From positions 512,001 to 576,000 of the forward strand of contig OZ219926.1 of assembly GCA_964291405.2 (NCBI GenBank): a DNA stretch of 64,000 nt, read 5' to 3'. Both the position numbers and the translations under genes were made by a program. Each line of letters begins with the position of its first letter. Within the stretch, counting starts at the first letter, position 1. Source of the DNA: Thermodesulfobacteriota bacterium (GTDB lineage Bacteria; Desulfobacterota; Binatia; Bin18). A model generated the notes under the pieces. It worked only from the letters and a program-made list of their open reading frames with translations. It was not told the DNA's origin and searched no databases. Of this stretch, positions 1-11,438 are shown in pieces.

Positions 1-110
1 GTGAACGGACGGTTGTCATGTCCGGACGCTACCCACGGGCAGCCGACAAGTCAACGCCGGGCGGGCCGCATATCCGACTCCTAATACCGGTCCGCAGGGT
101 GGGAGGGGGT

Positions 111-139
111 TTGAGTTCTTGAAGTGTATCAGGTAAGGT
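111..139 (+). promoter_or_regulatory. putative sigma70 promoter of the tRNA-Lys/tRNA-Glu pair
   Basis: TTGAGT (111-116), 17 nt spacer, TAAGGT (134-139), about 10 nt upstream of tRNA-Lys. Confidence 0.4.
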
Positions 140-149
140 GCGCTGAGCT

Positions 150-222
150 GAGCCGATAGCTCAGTTGGTAGAGCATCTGCCTTTTAAGCAGAGGGTCCCG
201 GGTTCGAGCCCCGGTCGGCTCA
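150..222 (+). tRNA. tRNA-Lys(UUU)
   Basis: Acceptor stem GAGCCGA/TCGGCTC; D-arm GCTC-AGTTGGTA-GAGC; anticodon arm TCTGC-CTTTTAA-GCAGA; T-loop GGTTCGAGCC; CCA not encoded. Confidence 0.96.
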
Positions 223-244
223 TCCCTCTTTTACAATCCATTCT

Positions 245-319
<75 letters not shown>

Positions 320-325
320 CTCTCC

Positions 326-1612
326 TCACACAAACATCCCCAGAGGCTCGAACTCCTCTCGGAGCAACGCCTTCGTATCATCATAGCCCAGCCATTCCTG
401 AATCAACGTAGCGTAGACACGCCGGAAGTCGGTCGTATAGCGCAGATTGCCGTCGTCCAAATCGGTCAGACTGGGCGGCGTGCTGTAGAAACCACCCTTG
501 ACCTTCTCCCCAATGACGTAGACCGGCGTGGCCGTACCGTGGTCAGTGCCTTTACTGGCATTCTCGGGGACGCGTCGGCCAAATTCGGTAAAGACCATAA
601 TCGCGACGTCATCGGCCCGACCGATGCGGTTGAGGTCTGCCATAAAGCCACGTAGCGCGTCGGTGGTATAGGTCAGGAGACGGAAGTGGAGATCGTTTTG
701 GTGGACGTGTGTATCAAAGACGTTGCCCGCATAACTGACGTAGTACAGCCGGGTCGGTATCTCGGCTTTGATTAAGGCCGCAACCTTGCGCAAATCAAGC
801 CCGAGACCGGCCGCCCGCACGCCGTAGTCGACCGGGGTCTGATAGTCCGCCCATGCCTGACGAACAAAGGCCGCGCTTTCCGTTGCGTTTTCAGCCAAGC
901 CAGTCAGGAAGTCCAAGGAAGCGTTGGGTGTTGCCCGCTTGTCGCTCAGCCGCGGGAAGAGCGGTTGTTGCTGGTGAACACCATTCCGTTTAAACCCTTC
1001 TGGGTCATAGAAGACCAGGGGCGAGTGATGGCGACTCCGCACGGCGAGGGATTGCGCGGTGGCAATATTGACCAGATAGTTGCGCTGCACCTCGGGGTCG
1101 AGCGTATCGGCCAGACGGCCTAACCAGCCAAGCTTTTCGCCCGCATGAGGACTGCCCGTATGCCAAAAGCCCATGGACGCAAAATGCGACAGGATCGGAT
1201 TGTCGTATCCGCAGGCGTGCACAATCGCCAGCTTGCCGTCTTTGTATAGATGCTCGAATCCGGCCATGGCCGGATGAAAGCCAAAGTGCGCGTCGATCTT
1301 CCGCACATCTTGGGCCGGAATACCAATGGTCGGGCGCTGCTGATAATAGGCATCGTCACTATATGGAATGATCGTATTCACCCCGTCGTTCCCACCCGAG
1401 AGTTCGACCACGACAAGAATGCGTTCCGGATGCGCATGGGGTGACGTCGCAGCCTCCACTTGCTTTGCCAGTACTGAGAACGGGCCGCGGGACACAAGGG
1501 GAGTACCAAGTAGTCCGGCCCCAACGCCGAGGCCGTACATGCCCACTCGGAGGGCGTCGCGCCGTGAGAGTGACCTATTCAATAGAGACGTTTTTACCGA
1601 GGTCTTAGCCAT
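326..1612 (-). CDS. DUF1501 family protein, Tat-exported
   Basis: SRRDAL twin-arginine signal; motifs LSGGNDG, SHF, FDTH, VFTEFGRR..ENAS.GTDHG; adjacent to a DUF1800 gene. Confidence 0.88.
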   Translation of the reverse strand: MAKTSVKTSLLNRSLSRRDALRVGMYGLGVGAGLLGTPLVSRGPFSVLAKQVEAATSPHAHPERILVVVELSGGNDGVNTIIPYSDDAYYQQRPTIGIPAQDVRKIDAHFGFHPAMAGFEHLYKDGKLAIVHACGYDNPILSHFASMGFWHTGSPHAGEKLGWLGRLADTLDPEVQRNYLVNIATAQSLAVRSRHHSPLVFYDPEGFKRNGVHQQQPLFPRLSDKRATPNASLDFLTGLAENATESAAFVRQAWADYQTPVDYGVRAAGLGLDLRKVAALIKAEIPTRLYYVSYAGNVFDTHVHQNDLHFRLLTYTTDALRGFMADLNRIGRADDVAIMVFTEFGRRVPENASKGTDHGTATPVYVIGEKVKGGFYSTPPSLTDLDDGNLRYTTDFRRVYATLIQEWLGYDDTKALLREEFEPLGMFV

Positions 1613-1631
1613 ACGCCTTATCCTTCGTTAA

Positions 1632-3542
1632 TTAGCCCAACTGATATTCTGGCGTGCTCATAATGAGATGGACCAGATGACGGACCGGCTCCTCCAGATA
1701 GGTCATCGCCGGTTTGATCGTATCTGTCCCCAGCTCCCGAGTGAGGAAGTCAATAAGCGCTTGTCGGTCGTCTTCCGCCAGGGGAACCCGCACTAGACGA
1801 TCAAGAAAATAATCAACGACCTCAGACGTTGTAGCAAGCCCAGCCTGGCGAGCGATGCTGGTCATGGAAAGCTGGGCGGCAAAACGAGGAATGGGTTTCA
1901 CCCGCCGAAAAGCTTCTTGCCAGCCGTGCGTGCTCCCGTAGCGAGTGTTATAGTCTTCGTCCGCTCCCGCCATCATATTAAACATGGACATGGACTCGGA
2001 GCCTGACGGGTCCATGGCGTTACCGGACATGGCGTTATCATCGGTCTCAATCGTCGCCGCCGTGATTTCATAGCCTTGGGCGATCTTGGTCGCCACCTTT
2101 TGGTTGGTCACCGGCATCCAACGGTCCGGTGGCCGAAAATTCACCATATCGGGAAAGAAGACCGCGCGAGCGAAGTTTCCGCGTTCAAGCAGCAAGGCGG
2201 GCGTGATCCAGCTCCGTCCCCCCTCCCAGCCCGCGACGTTCGGCGGATGAAAGAGTTCTTGGCCCAGGTCGCGAGTGGTCGTGTTGAAGTCGGGCACTCC
2301 GGGAATATTGGTCAGCCCGAGCTTGCGATAGGTCGAAATCACGAGATGCACTGGGCTTTTGATCTGGGTTCCGTAGGCTGGCGGACTGTAGAAGTCGCGC
2401 GAGAGAAAAATCGTCGCCAACAGCGGCGCGATTTCGTAGTGATGCTCTCGCAGGATTGCGCCGAGTTGCACCACCAGCTCGGGCGCGGGATTTTGTCGAA
2501 CAAAATAGCGATATAACTTTGCCGCAATAAAGCGGGCCGCCACATCCTGTTCCAGAATAATATCAATAATATCGGTGCCGTCGTAATTCCCGGTATGTTC
2601 GAGGAAGGTCTTCTGCCCGTCGTCGTGCAGCTCGGGTTTGACCACAAAGTCCAGCCCGACATGGGTCCAGCCGGTAAACGCCCGGGAGGCCTCGCGAATG
2701 TCAGTCTCGGTGTAGTTGCCCACACCCAGGGTGAAGAGTTCCAGGATTTCTCTGCCAAAGTTCTCGTTGGGGTGGCCTTTGATATTCTCCCCAGCATCCA
2801 GATAGACGAGCATGGCCGGATCCTGGGCGACGCCGATGAGGAGATCGCGAAAACTCCCATTCCCCCGTTGCCAGAATAATTCGAGCTGTTTGAGGAGCTT
2901 GCGGTAGTCCCGCACCTTGGTATCTGAGGTCGCAAAATGGCCGTGCCAGAACAGGGCCAATTTTTCCTGAAGCGGACGCTTTGTCACCAGCATACGCTGA
3001 GCCCACCACTGTCCGGCCCGTCGCATTTCCAGTGCGTCGGCCCGCAGCCAATAGAAAAAACGATCGACAACGGGCTGGAGGGGACGACTCCCGCCGGGTT
3101 TGACCTTGACCCCCATGGACTCGCCGTTGACACGGGCAATACGTACGGCATCAGCTCGACTTTTCGGAAACGGGTCAAGCGTTGGGTCGAACACCCCAGA
3201 TTCGTCGAACGGCGGGACGTGGCTGTTGTCCGTGTCTTGGTAGTGAACGAGATGACGAACGGCGGCGGCTGGCGTCATCGCAGCCAAGTGGTCAACTTCT
3301 TGGGGTGGGCCGCCAAAACCGGCCCGCTCCAAGAGATGGGCGGCCCGGTCCCGACTCCATTCTTGGGCGGTTATGGGCGTGAGGTCGCCCGTCCATGAAT
3401 GGGGTCCGGCTCGAAGACCCTGCTTCTGGGGACGAGCCTCCTCGGCGAAAAGGGGGGGTATCAGAAGGACGAGAAAGATACAGGTTCCAGTCCCTACCCT
3501 GCTGACGAGCCGACTCAGCCTCGGGCTCCAAATCCATTCCAT
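1632..3542 (-). CDS. DUF1800 family protein
   Basis: Motifs HLLERAGFG, LFWHGHFATS, AMLVYLD, PNENFGREILELFTLG, PPNVAGW, C-terminal STPEYQL; N-terminal signal peptide. Confidence 0.88.
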   Translation of the reverse strand: MEWIWSPRLSRLVSRVGTGTCIFLVLLIPPLFAEEARPQKQGLRAGPHSWTGDLTPITAQEWSRDRAAHLLERAGFGGPPQEVDHLAAMTPAAAVRHLVHYQDTDNSHVPPFDESGVFDPTLDPFPKSRADAVRIARVNGESMGVKVKPGGSRPLQPVVDRFFYWLRADALEMRRAGQWWAQRMLVTKRPLQEKLALFWHGHFATSDTKVRDYRKLLKQLELFWQRGNGSFRDLLIGVAQDPAMLVYLDAGENIKGHPNENFGREILELFTLGVGNYTETDIREASRAFTGWTHVGLDFVVKPELHDDGQKTFLEHTGNYDGTDIIDIILEQDVAARFIAAKLYRYFVRQNPAPELVVQLGAILREHHYEIAPLLATIFLSRDFYSPPAYGTQIKSPVHLVISTYRKLGLTNIPGVPDFNTTTRDLGQELFHPPNVAGWEGGRSWITPALLLERGNFARAVFFPDMVNFRPPDRWMPVTNQKVATKIAQGYEITAATIETDDNAMSGNAMDPSGSESMSMFNMMAGADEDYNTRYGSTHGWQEAFRRVKPIPRFAAQLSMTSIARQAGLATTSEVVDYFLDRLVRVPLAEDDRQALIDFLTRELGTDTIKPAMTYLEEPVRHLVHLIMSTPEYQLG

Positions 3543-3732
3543 GAGCTGTTCTCTCCTACTCCAGATATATACTCGTTGATCCGGCTACAGCACAAGATGC
3601 CAAAAAACACCCCCGGTTTCGCGTTCCTGTCCTTCGCTGCTCCCTTGCCTTGATGGGCGAGAGAATATATCCGCTTAGCCAAGCACCGAATTATCATTTT
3701 ACAATAGGCACTAAAGGTGGGGGGATTGGTCT

Positions 3733-6444
3733 ATGGCACATAACCTTTTTGATTCTTTGCAAACCTTTACCACCGCGGCTGGAAAAACCAGCCAGTTTTA
3801 CGCCCTGCCCCGACTCGAAAAGGCGGGCGTCGGACCAGTTTCTCGGCTTCCGATCAGTATCCGTATCGTGCTGGAGTCGGTCTTGCGCAACTATGACGGC
3901 CAGAAGATTACCGAAGAGGACGTCCGGACCCTCGCCAATTGGGGACCGACAGAAACCCGTACAGCGGAAATTCCCTTTGTGGTGGCACGGATTATCCTGC
4001 AAGACTTTACCGGCGTCCCCCTGCTGGTCGACTTGGCCGCTATGCGTTCGGCCGTGGCCAAGCTGGGCAAAGATCCCAAATTGATCGAACCTCTGGTGCC
4101 GGTGGACCTGGTGGTCGACCACTCTATTCAGGTCGATCATTCAGGGGTGGGAAACGCTTTACAACGGAATATGGAGATCGAATTCGAGCGCAATCAGCCC
4201 CGGTATCAATTTCTGAAATGGGGTATGCAGGCGTTCGATAGTTTTCAGGTCGTGCCGCCGGGTATCGGTATTGTCCATCAGGTCAATCTGGAATACCTGG
4301 CCAAAGGCGTTCTTGAGAGAGATGGCATCTATTATCCGGATACCCTAGTCGGCACGGATTCGCATACCACCATGATTAACGGCCTTGGGGTGGTCGCCTG
4401 GGGTGTTGGGGGGATTGAGGCAGAGGCCGGCATGCTAGGGCAACCGGTGTACTTTCTCACCCCGGATGTCGTTGGTATGCATATGACCGGCCGCCTGCGT
4501 GAGGGGGTCACCGCGACGGACCTCGTGCTGCACTGTACCGAGATGCTCCGCGCCGCCAAGGTCGTAGGGAAATTCGTGGAATATTTTGGCGAAGGTGCGG
4601 CCTCCCTGCCCCTGACCGACCGAGCAACGATTGCCAATATGGCGCCGGAGTATGGCGCGACTATGGGCTTTTTCCCGATTGATGAGGAAACCTGCAAATA
4701 CCTGACAGCCACGGGTCGAACCGAGGAACAGGTTGATGCGTTCCGGAGCTATTTCCAGGCCCAGCAGATGTTTGGCATTCCGCGCCGGGGTGAGGTGGAC
4801 TACAGCCAAGTACTTGAACTCGACTTGGCCGATGTGCAGCCTGGTCTGGCCGGTCCACGTCGTCCGCAGGACCGGATTGATCTTCCGGATATGAAGGAGA
4901 CATTCCAGGGACTCCTGACAACGCCGCTCAACGAGGGTGGTTTCCATGTCGACCAAGCGACGCTCGACCAGCGCCATGCCATACCGAAAGACGGACCTTC
5001 GAATTTCGGTGATATTGGACATGGGGATGTGCTCATTGCTGCGATTACTTCGTGTACAAACACCTCAAACCCGAGTGTGATGTTGGCAGCCGGGCTCATG
5101 GCCAAGAAGGCGGTCGAACGCGGCATGACGGTCAGACCGACGGTCAAAACGTCTCTGGGTCCGGGCTCGCGTGTCGTAACGGAATATCTGGAGAGAACCG
5201 GATTACAACAGTATCTCAACCACGTTGGCTTTCAGACCGTGGGCTATGGCTGCACCACCTGCATCGGGAACTCCGGCCCTCTTGATTCGGAGATCGAACA
5301 GACCGTCACACAGCATAATCTTGTGGCTGCCAGCGTCTTGAGCGGCAATCGCAACTTCGAGGCCCGCGTCCACCAAAATATTCGAGCGAATTTCCTGATG
5401 AGTCCACCGCTCGTCGTGGCATTTGCCCTGGCAGGTCGGGTTGATATTGACCTGACCAGCGAGCCCGTGGGCCAGGACAAAGACGGAACCGACGTCTATT
5501 TACGTGACCTGTGGCCGAGCGGGAATGAAATTCAAGACCTGATGGCATCCGCCATGGACTCAGACACCTATCGCCGGTTGTATACCGACTTTGAAGAACA
5601 AAATCCGCTCTGGAACGACATTTCCAGTTCAACCGGTGCAGTCTACGAGTGGAACGCGGAATCGACCTATATTCAGGAGCCGCCCTTCTTTGATGCTTTC
5701 GGCCTCCAGGCCGGGACGATTCAAGACATTACCGATGCCCGTCCGCTGGCCGTGCTGGGCGATTCCGTCACCACCGATCACATCAGTCCCGCGGGAGCGA
5801 TTAAGCCGGATGCGCCAGCCGGACAGTATCTCCAGGAGCATGGAGTTGCGGTCAAAGACTTCAATAGTTACGGCTCACGCCGCGGTAATGATCGCATTAT
5901 GACCCGGGGCACATTTGCCAACGTGCGGATTAAGAACTTGATGGTGCCTGGAGTTGAGGGTGGGGTCACGCAGTATCATGCGGCTCATGGGAATGGTGGC
6001 GAGCAAATGGCGATCTACGATGCGGCCATGCAATATCAGGCCGATGGCACCCCTCTGGTCGTGTTGGCCGGGCAGGAGTACGGCACGGGAAGTTCACGTG
6101 ACTGGGCCGCCAAAGGGACGCGGCTGCTTGGGGTGAAAGCGGTCATCGCCCAAAGCTTTGAGCGGATTCACCGCAGCAATTTGGTCTTTATGGGCGTGGT
6201 GCCCTGTCAGTTCAAAGAGGGCACCAGCGTGCAAACGCTGAGCCTTGACGGGACTGAGAGGTTTGATCTCATCGGCCTCAACGCTGACCTCAAACCTCTT
6301 CAGGACGTGACCTTGGTCGTCCGCCGTGCCAATGGACAATCAATAGATGTCCAGGTTACCGTTCGCATAGATACGCCCATTGAGGTCGAATACTACCGGC
6401 ATGGGGGCATTTTGCCCTACGTGTTACGGCAGTTGGTTGCCTGA
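3733..6444 (+). CDS. acnA: aconitate hydratase A
   Basis: 903 aa; [59 protein letters not shown]. Confidence 0.97.
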   Translation: MAHNLFDSLQTFTTAAGKTSQFYALPRLEKAGVGPVSRLPISIRIVLESVLRNYDGQKITEEDVRTLANWGPTETRTAEIPFVVARIILQDFTGVPLLVDLAAMRSAVAKLGKDPKLIEPLVPVDLVVDHSIQVDHSGVGNALQRNMEIEFERNQPRYQFLKWGMQAFDSFQVVPPGIGIVHQVNLEYLAKGVLERDGIYYPDTLVGTDSHTTMINGLGVVAWGVGGIEAEAGMLGQPVYFLTPDVVGMHMTGRLREGVTATDLVLHCTEMLRAAKVVGKFVEYFGEGAASLPLTDRATIANMAPEYGATMGFFPIDEETCKYLTATGRTEEQVDAFRSYFQAQQMFGIPRRGEVDYSQVLELDLADVQPGLAGPRRPQDRIDLPDMKETFQGLLTTPLNEGGFHVDQATLDQRHAIPKDGPSNFGDIGHGDVLIAAITSCTNTSNPSVMLAAGLMAKKAVERGMTVRPTVKTSLGPGSRVVTEYLERTGLQQYLNHVGFQTVGYGCTTCIGNSGPLDSEIEQTVTQHNLVAASVLSGNRNFEARVHQNIRANFLMSPPLVVAFALAGRVDIDLTSEPVGQDKDGTDVYLRDLWPSGNEIQDLMASAMDSDTYRRLYTDFEEQNPLWNDISSSTGAVYEWNAESTYIQEPPFFDAFGLQAGTIQDITDARPLAVLGDSVTTDHISPAGAIKPDAPAGQYLQEHGVAVKDFNSYGSRRGNDRIMTRGTFANVRIKNLMVPGVEGGVTQYHAAHGNGGEQMAIYDAAMQYQADGTPLVVLAGQEYGTGSSRDWAAKGTRLLGVKAVIAQSFERIHRSNLVFMGVVPCQFKEGTSVQTLSLDGTERFDLIGLNADLKPLQDVTLVVRRANGQSIDVQVTVRIDTPIEVEYYRHGGILPYVLRQLVA

Positions 6445-6569
6445 TGCTACGGGGCAATTCAAGAATTGCCCCTCTCCGACCATTCCCCCGGAGGCTCTTA
6501 TCGAGTGCTGTTTGCGGGCACTTTTTACCCTTGCAAAGTGCCTATTTGCTTCCTATGATCCGGCCAGAC

Positions 6570-7223
6570 ATGGTCTTACGAATCTTCTCTCTTCTTTTGA
6601 GTTTCTTCCTCGCTTGCCTCGCATTCCCACCAAAGGGCCAGTCCACGACTGATCTGATGGATCAGTATCTCTCTTTATCAGGTGCGTTTTCTTTTGTACG
6701 CCGGGCTCCAGAGGGGACAGAGTCAAAAAAGATCGTGCTGAGCGTCTTTGAGGATTTTCTGTGTCCACATTGCTATGACGTCTTCTCCAACCTCATCCCG
6801 GCACTCAAGCAAAAATATCCAAAGCAGCTCGATGTCCGCTTTCACGCGGTCCCGATTGTCCATGCGTCCTCTCAAATTCCAGCCCGGGCTTATGCCATCT
6901 CTCACGAGTTGGGGCTGAGTGAAGAGATGCAGCGCGCGCTGTTTCACGCACGCTTTGAGGAAGATATTGATACGGGTAGCCGAGCCGGCATCGCCCATGT
7001 CGCCCACCGCATCGGCCTCGATCCCGAATTGCTCCTGAGCCAGCTCGATGCAGACGGGGGGAAGGCTGAGCTTGAAGCAACCATTGCCCTGGGGAACAGC
7101 TATCATATTGAGGGGGTTCCGACCCTGATCATCGACGGTTGGATACGGGTGCAGGATCTCTCTCCTCAGAACATCGAAACGATTATTGACGAGCTACTTG
7201 AGCGTAAACGGGGGAAACCGTGA
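6570..7223 (+). CDS. DsbA-like thiol:disulfide oxidoreductase, exported
   Basis: FEDFLCPHC active site and cis-Pro GVPT motif; hydrophobic N-terminus; start moved downstream of the ORF-track start (6555 also possible). Confidence 0.85.
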   Translation: MVLRIFSLLLSFFLACLAFPPKGQSTTDLMDQYLSLSGAFSFVRRAPEGTESKKIVLSVFEDFLCPHCYDVFSNLIPALKQKYPKQLDVRFHAVPIVHASSQIPARAYAISHELGLSEEMQRALFHARFEEDIDTGSRAGIAHVAHRIGLDPELLLSQLDADGGKAELEATIALGNSYHIEGVPTLIIDGWIRVQDLSPQNIETIIDELLERKRGKP

Positions 7224-7318
7224 GTCCAAAGGAGAGCTGACTTTTCCCATCTGGCGAGACAGTCGTATGTTCGTCAGCACCCGCTAGGACCACAGTGCAA
7301 CGCAGACAGGGGGGTGGC

Positions 7319-9748
7319 ATGAGCACTGAAGAGCGTGGCTATTTATATACACTGGGGGAGCAGATTATTGCGCGGCGCAGGCTTGTTTTGCTGCTCGTTA
7401 CCGTCGCCACCCTGATTTTTGCCTCGTTTGCCGTCCAGCTCGACCTCGTCACGCGTTTCGACGAACAACTGCCGGAGAACCACCCTTTCATTCAGGTCCA
7501 TAAAACCTACGCGCCGACCTTTGGTGGGGCCAACGCCATCATGCTGATGTTGGAGGTTGAAGAAGGCACCATCTTCAATCAGGCCACGTTGACCAAGATT
7601 TTCAATATGACCCAGGCGTTGGAACGGGTGTATGGCGTAAATAACGAATTGGTCAACTCCATCGCCCACCGAACCAACCGCCGCGTGATCATGAAAAGTG
7701 GCGGGATGCAGGAAGTCGAGCCGGTCATGGAACGGGCACCCGAGACCGAGGAAGAAGTTGAACGCGTACGCCGGATCGTACATTCCTCACGGAATTTATA
7801 CGGCGTGCTGGTTTCGCTGGACGAAAAGGCCGCCCTGCTCAATGCCACTTTTATCGAGCAGCGGCTCGATTATCGGCGGCTGTTTGAGGAAGTCCGGCGC
7901 TCTATCGTTGAGCCATATGAGGATGACAACACACGGATTTATCTGGCCGGTCAACCGGCCCTGTACGGCTGGGTGTATTTCTACGCCAAGCAAGTCTACG
8001 TCATTTTTCTGGCAACGACGGTACTGCTGTGGTTGCTGCTGTACTGGTATTTTCACGATGTCCGAGGGGCGCTACGGCCCACCTTGACCGGTGTTATATC
8101 GGCCATTTGGGGGCTGGGATTTATCAAGATGATCGGCTTCAGCCTCGACCCCCTCACCCTCGTCATTCCCTTCTTTATTACCGCCCGGGCGGTCAGCCAC
8201 TCCGTCCAGATGCATGAACGCTATTATGAGGAGTATCGCAAGGCGAATGGGCAAAAAGAGCCGGCCATTATTGCCTCGTTCGCCGAGCTTTTCGTGCCCA
8301 CCCTGTCGGGTATCCTGACCGATGCCCTGGGCCTGTTGGTGATCCTGTTCGTGCCCATTGTGCTCTTGCAGAAGCTCGCCATTAGTGCGGCGGTGTGGAT
8401 TCTCGCCATTACCGTGAGCGAGCTCTTGCTGAACCCGATCGTCTACCACTACCTGCGTGAACCCGACATCCGAGTCGTTGAACGGCGCGAGAACGGGCTC
8501 TTCAGGCGCATTGTCTCGACTGCGGCGAATTTTCTCGTCTCCCCCGCAGGCAAAGGGCTGACGCTCGCCAGTTGGGCACTTGTTTTGGTCATAAGCGTCT
8601 ACTTCTGGCAAAATCTGGTGATTGGCGATCCAACCGCGGCCACCCCACTCCTGTACCGCGACTCTCCGCACAATACCGCCCATGCCCGCATCCAAGACAC
8701 CTTTGGTGGGGTTGAGCAGCTCATGGTTGTGGTTGAGCGTAAAGAACCGGAGAAAGAAGAGGCCGAAGACGCGAGCGAAAGCCTGAGTGCGCTCGACCGA
8801 TTTCGTCAGCAAAGCGAGGAGCCTTCATTGGCAACTCCTGAGGTCTTGCCCTGGATCGAACAATTTCAGCGTGCGCTCGAACGCGACCCGGCGGTAGGGT
8901 TGAGCTTCTCATTTGTGGATATTTTGTCGGTCGTAAATGGAGCCATTCATGAACAAGAACCCAAATGGGAGGTCCTTCCCCGACGCAGGAGTGAAGTCCG
9001 GCTCCTGCTCGCCTCCTACTTCTTCGGCACCTCATTTCAGGAAAGCGCACAGGTCATTGATCACCAGTATCGCTCTGCACCCGTCCGATTCTTTCTGACC
9101 GACCATCAGGGGGAAACCATTCGACGGGTTATTCAGCGGGCTCGCGCCTATATCGATGCCCACCCCAGTGACATCGCCCAGTTCCGGCTCGCCGGCGGCC
9201 CTATTGGCGTGTTGGCCGCTGCCAACGAAGAGCTGTTTCGGAATGATATTCTGGTTAATATTCTTGGTTTTGGCACGATCTTCCTTGTCCTCGTTATTAC
9301 CTACCGCTCGATCATGGCCGGGGTGTATATGATTATCCCTCTGCTCGTCGCGAACGCCGTGATTAACGCATATATGGGGGCCCGCGATATTGGTATTAAT
9401 ATCCATACCCTCCCAGTGGTGACGGTCGGCGTCGGATTTGGCATCGACTATGCCCTGTATGTTGTGAGTCGTATTATCGAAGAGCATCGGCTGGGTAGCG
9501 GGCTGGATGACGCGGTGAGGACGGCACTCGCAACGTCCGGGAAAGCGGTGACCTTTACCGCGCTGACCATGATCCTCGGTACGCTGTTCTGGACCATGTC
9601 CAGCCTCCGCTTTAGTGCAGAGATGGGGCTGCTACTCGCCCTCTGGATGGGGGTAAGTTTCTTGGCGACCATGACGCTTTTACCCGTTCTGGTTGCGCTC
9701 TTCAAACCGCGCTTTGTCACGGCACAGGCCGCCGGAGCCGCAGATTAA
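7319..9748 (+). CDS. MMPL/RND family transporter (copy 1)
   Basis: Two-repeat multi-TM architecture; FGGAN, ARAVSHSVQ, GVGFGIDYALY, SGKAVTFTALT motifs. Confidence 0.9.
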   Translation: MSTEERGYLYTLGEQIIARRRLVLLLVTVATLIFASFAVQLDLVTRFDEQLPENHPFIQVHKTYAPTFGGANAIMLMLEVEEGTIFNQATLTKIFNMTQALERVYGVNNELVNSIAHRTNRRVIMKSGGMQEVEPVMERAPETEEEVERVRRIVHSSRNLYGVLVSLDEKAALLNATFIEQRLDYRRLFEEVRRSIVEPYEDDNTRIYLAGQPALYGWVYFYAKQVYVIFLATTVLLWLLLYWYFHDVRGALRPTLTGVISAIWGLGFIKMIGFSLDPLTLVIPFFITARAVSHSVQMHERYYEEYRKANGQKEPAIIASFAELFVPTLSGILTDALGLLVILFVPIVLLQKLAISAAVWILAITVSELLLNPIVYHYLREPDIRVVERRENGLFRRIVSTAANFLVSPAGKGLTLASWALVLVISVYFWQNLVIGDPTAATPLLYRDSPHNTAHARIQDTFGGVEQLMVVVERKEPEKEEAEDASESLSALDRFRQQSEEPSLATPEVLPWIEQFQRALERDPAVGLSFSFVDILSVVNGAIHEQEPKWEVLPRRRSEVRLLLASYFFGTSFQESAQVIDHQYRSAPVRFFLTDHQGETIRRVIQRARAYIDAHPSDIAQFRLAGGPIGVLAAANEELFRNDILVNILGFGTIFLVLVITYRSIMAGVYMIIPLLVANAVINAYMGARDIGINIHTLPVVTVGVGFGIDYALYVVSRIIEEHRLGSGLDDAVRTALATSGKAVTFTALTMILGTLFWTMSSLRFSAEMGLLLALWMGVSFLATMTLLPVLVALFKPRFVTAQAAGAAD

Positions 9749-9984
9749 CCGCTTTGTCCGTGGAACACTTGAGGAGAAGAACCGAAGAAGAATATTCCCC
9801 CGATCCTGCCGCCCCTCCTCTGGGAGGGGGAAAAAGCCTCTTCTGAAACTATTGACAAATATGCCCTCTAATAAAGATAAAGCCATTATAGAAAGGATAC
9901 GATTATGAGCCGTGCCCCCCCGTGCTGACCAAACCACCGCTCGCATATATCTCGCAGGAATATTATAAAAAAGGAGAGGATTTT

Positions 9985-11310
9985 ATGAGAACCTATTGGT
10001 GGGCCAGAATTGCCTGCGCACTGACGCTCGTAGGCGCGATGAGTCTGTCAGCCCCGAGCTGGGTGGCTGCCGATGTCAACCCAGGGGACACCATTACCAA
10101 AGACAACATGGCCGAGGCAGGTGAACTCCTTATCCCAGGCATACAGTGGTTTGTCGAAAACGGCATGCCCATTAAGGTCATTGAGTATAAGAAAGTCAAT
10201 CTGCCTAAACTCTACGCCGAAGCGACCGAGAAATACTCAGGCCAAGTCCAAATCTCGGCCGACGGCCGGGAAATGTTAAACTACGTAGCCGGTCTCCCGT
10301 TCCCAAACATTGATCCCAACGACCCCCTGGCTGGGGCGAAGATCATGTGGAACCAGGAGCAGAAGCCTTCTTATGTGGACAACGTGGGGACCGAATGGAT
10401 CATGGAACTCGTCAATAACCGGGGCGAGATGGAACGTATGTACGGCTCCCAGTTCTGGCGTCGGATGATGTGGACCGGTCGTCTGTACACCGACCCCAAA
10501 CCGATTGTCCCGAACAACCCGCCAATGCGGTATACGGAGCAGTTTGGTCCGCTTTTTATTCCCAACGACCTGAAGGGCGCTGGCGTGCTCAATACGCGCT
10601 ATCTGCCGACGAACATTCCGGATGACTCCTATATGTATCTGCCTGAGCTGCGTCGTGTGCGTCGTATCAGCGTCGCAAACCGCTCGGATGCCTTCTGGGG
10701 CACGGACATGGATCTCGACTCCCTGTGGGGCATGAATTCCAAGCACGCGTACTGGAAGTGGCGCCTCTTGGCCGAAAAGCAAATTCTGGCCCCGGTCCAT
10801 ATGGGACAATACGGCACCAGAGATGTCTGGTGTGCACAGCCGGACGGCAGAAGCGGCGTGATCGCGGGTATGCCGTGCAATATCAACTGGGAAAAGCGCA
10901 ACGTCTACGTTGTTGAAGGACTCCCGGTTGCCTACAGCCAGTATGCCTATTCCAAGCGTATCATGTATGTCGACAAAGACTTCTGGGCTCAGAATTTCTC
11001 GGAAATGTACGACAACGGTGGTGAGCTGTGGAAGCTCTGGTTTAATATGTTTGAGTATGGCCCCCTGCCGTACGAAGGCTATCCGGTAAAACCGATCCGT
11101 GGTGCCAAATACAATTACACGGATGACTGGGCCTTCACTCCGCATGGGATGCAGATGGACCTCCAGCTTGCCCACTTCAGCAAGTGGGATGCGCCATCCG
11201 GCTATGAGAAGCGGGAAGACTGGATCAACGAGTGGTATTTCAACGAGGCAATTGAATTCAACACCTCCAAAGCGTTCTCGGTGAACTTCCTCATCCAGAG
11301 CGCCCGTTAG
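9985..11310 (+). CDS. DUF1329 family periplasmic protein (LolA-like fold), copy 1
   Basis: RBS AAGGAGAGG; signal peptide; GLPFPNIDPNDPLAGAKIMWN, YLPELRRVRR, YSKRIMYVDKD motifs. Confidence 0.87.
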   Translation: MRTYWWARIACALTLVGAMSLSAPSWVAADVNPGDTITKDNMAEAGELLIPGIQWFVENGMPIKVIEYKKVNLPKLYAEATEKYSGQVQISADGREMLNYVAGLPFPNIDPNDPLAGAKIMWNQEQKPSYVDNVGTEWIMELVNNRGEMERMYGSQFWRRMMWTGRLYTDPKPIVPNNPPMRYTEQFGPLFIPNDLKGAGVLNTRYLPTNIPDDSYMYLPELRRVRRISVANRSDAFWGTDMDLDSLWGMNSKHAYWKWRLLAEKQILAPVHMGQYGTRDVWCAQPDGRSGVIAGMPCNINWEKRNVYVVEGLPVAYSQYAYSKRIMYVDKDFWAQNFSEMYDNGGELWKLWFNMFEYGPLPYEGYPVKPIRGAKYNYTDDWAFTPHGMQMDLQLAHFSKWDAPSGYEKREDWINEWYFNEAIEFNTSKAFSVNFLIQSAR

Positions 11311-11321
11311 CCCTACGAGCC

Positions 11322-11357
11322 AGCGAGAGAGGTAACAGCCATGTTACCTCTCTCGCT
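11322..11357 (+). terminator. long hairpin after DUF1329 copy 1 (terminator or mRNA stabiliser)
   Basis: AGCGAGAGAGGTAACA-GCCA-TGTTACCTCTCTCGCT, a 16 bp perfect stem with no immediate U-tract. Confidence 0.6.
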
Positions 11358-11438
11358 CATAACAGACTAACCGGCGGCTTTTTCTCTATTTTCTTTTTTG
11401 CTAGGGTGCCCGTACTTTCATTTTGCGGAGGGGGAATT

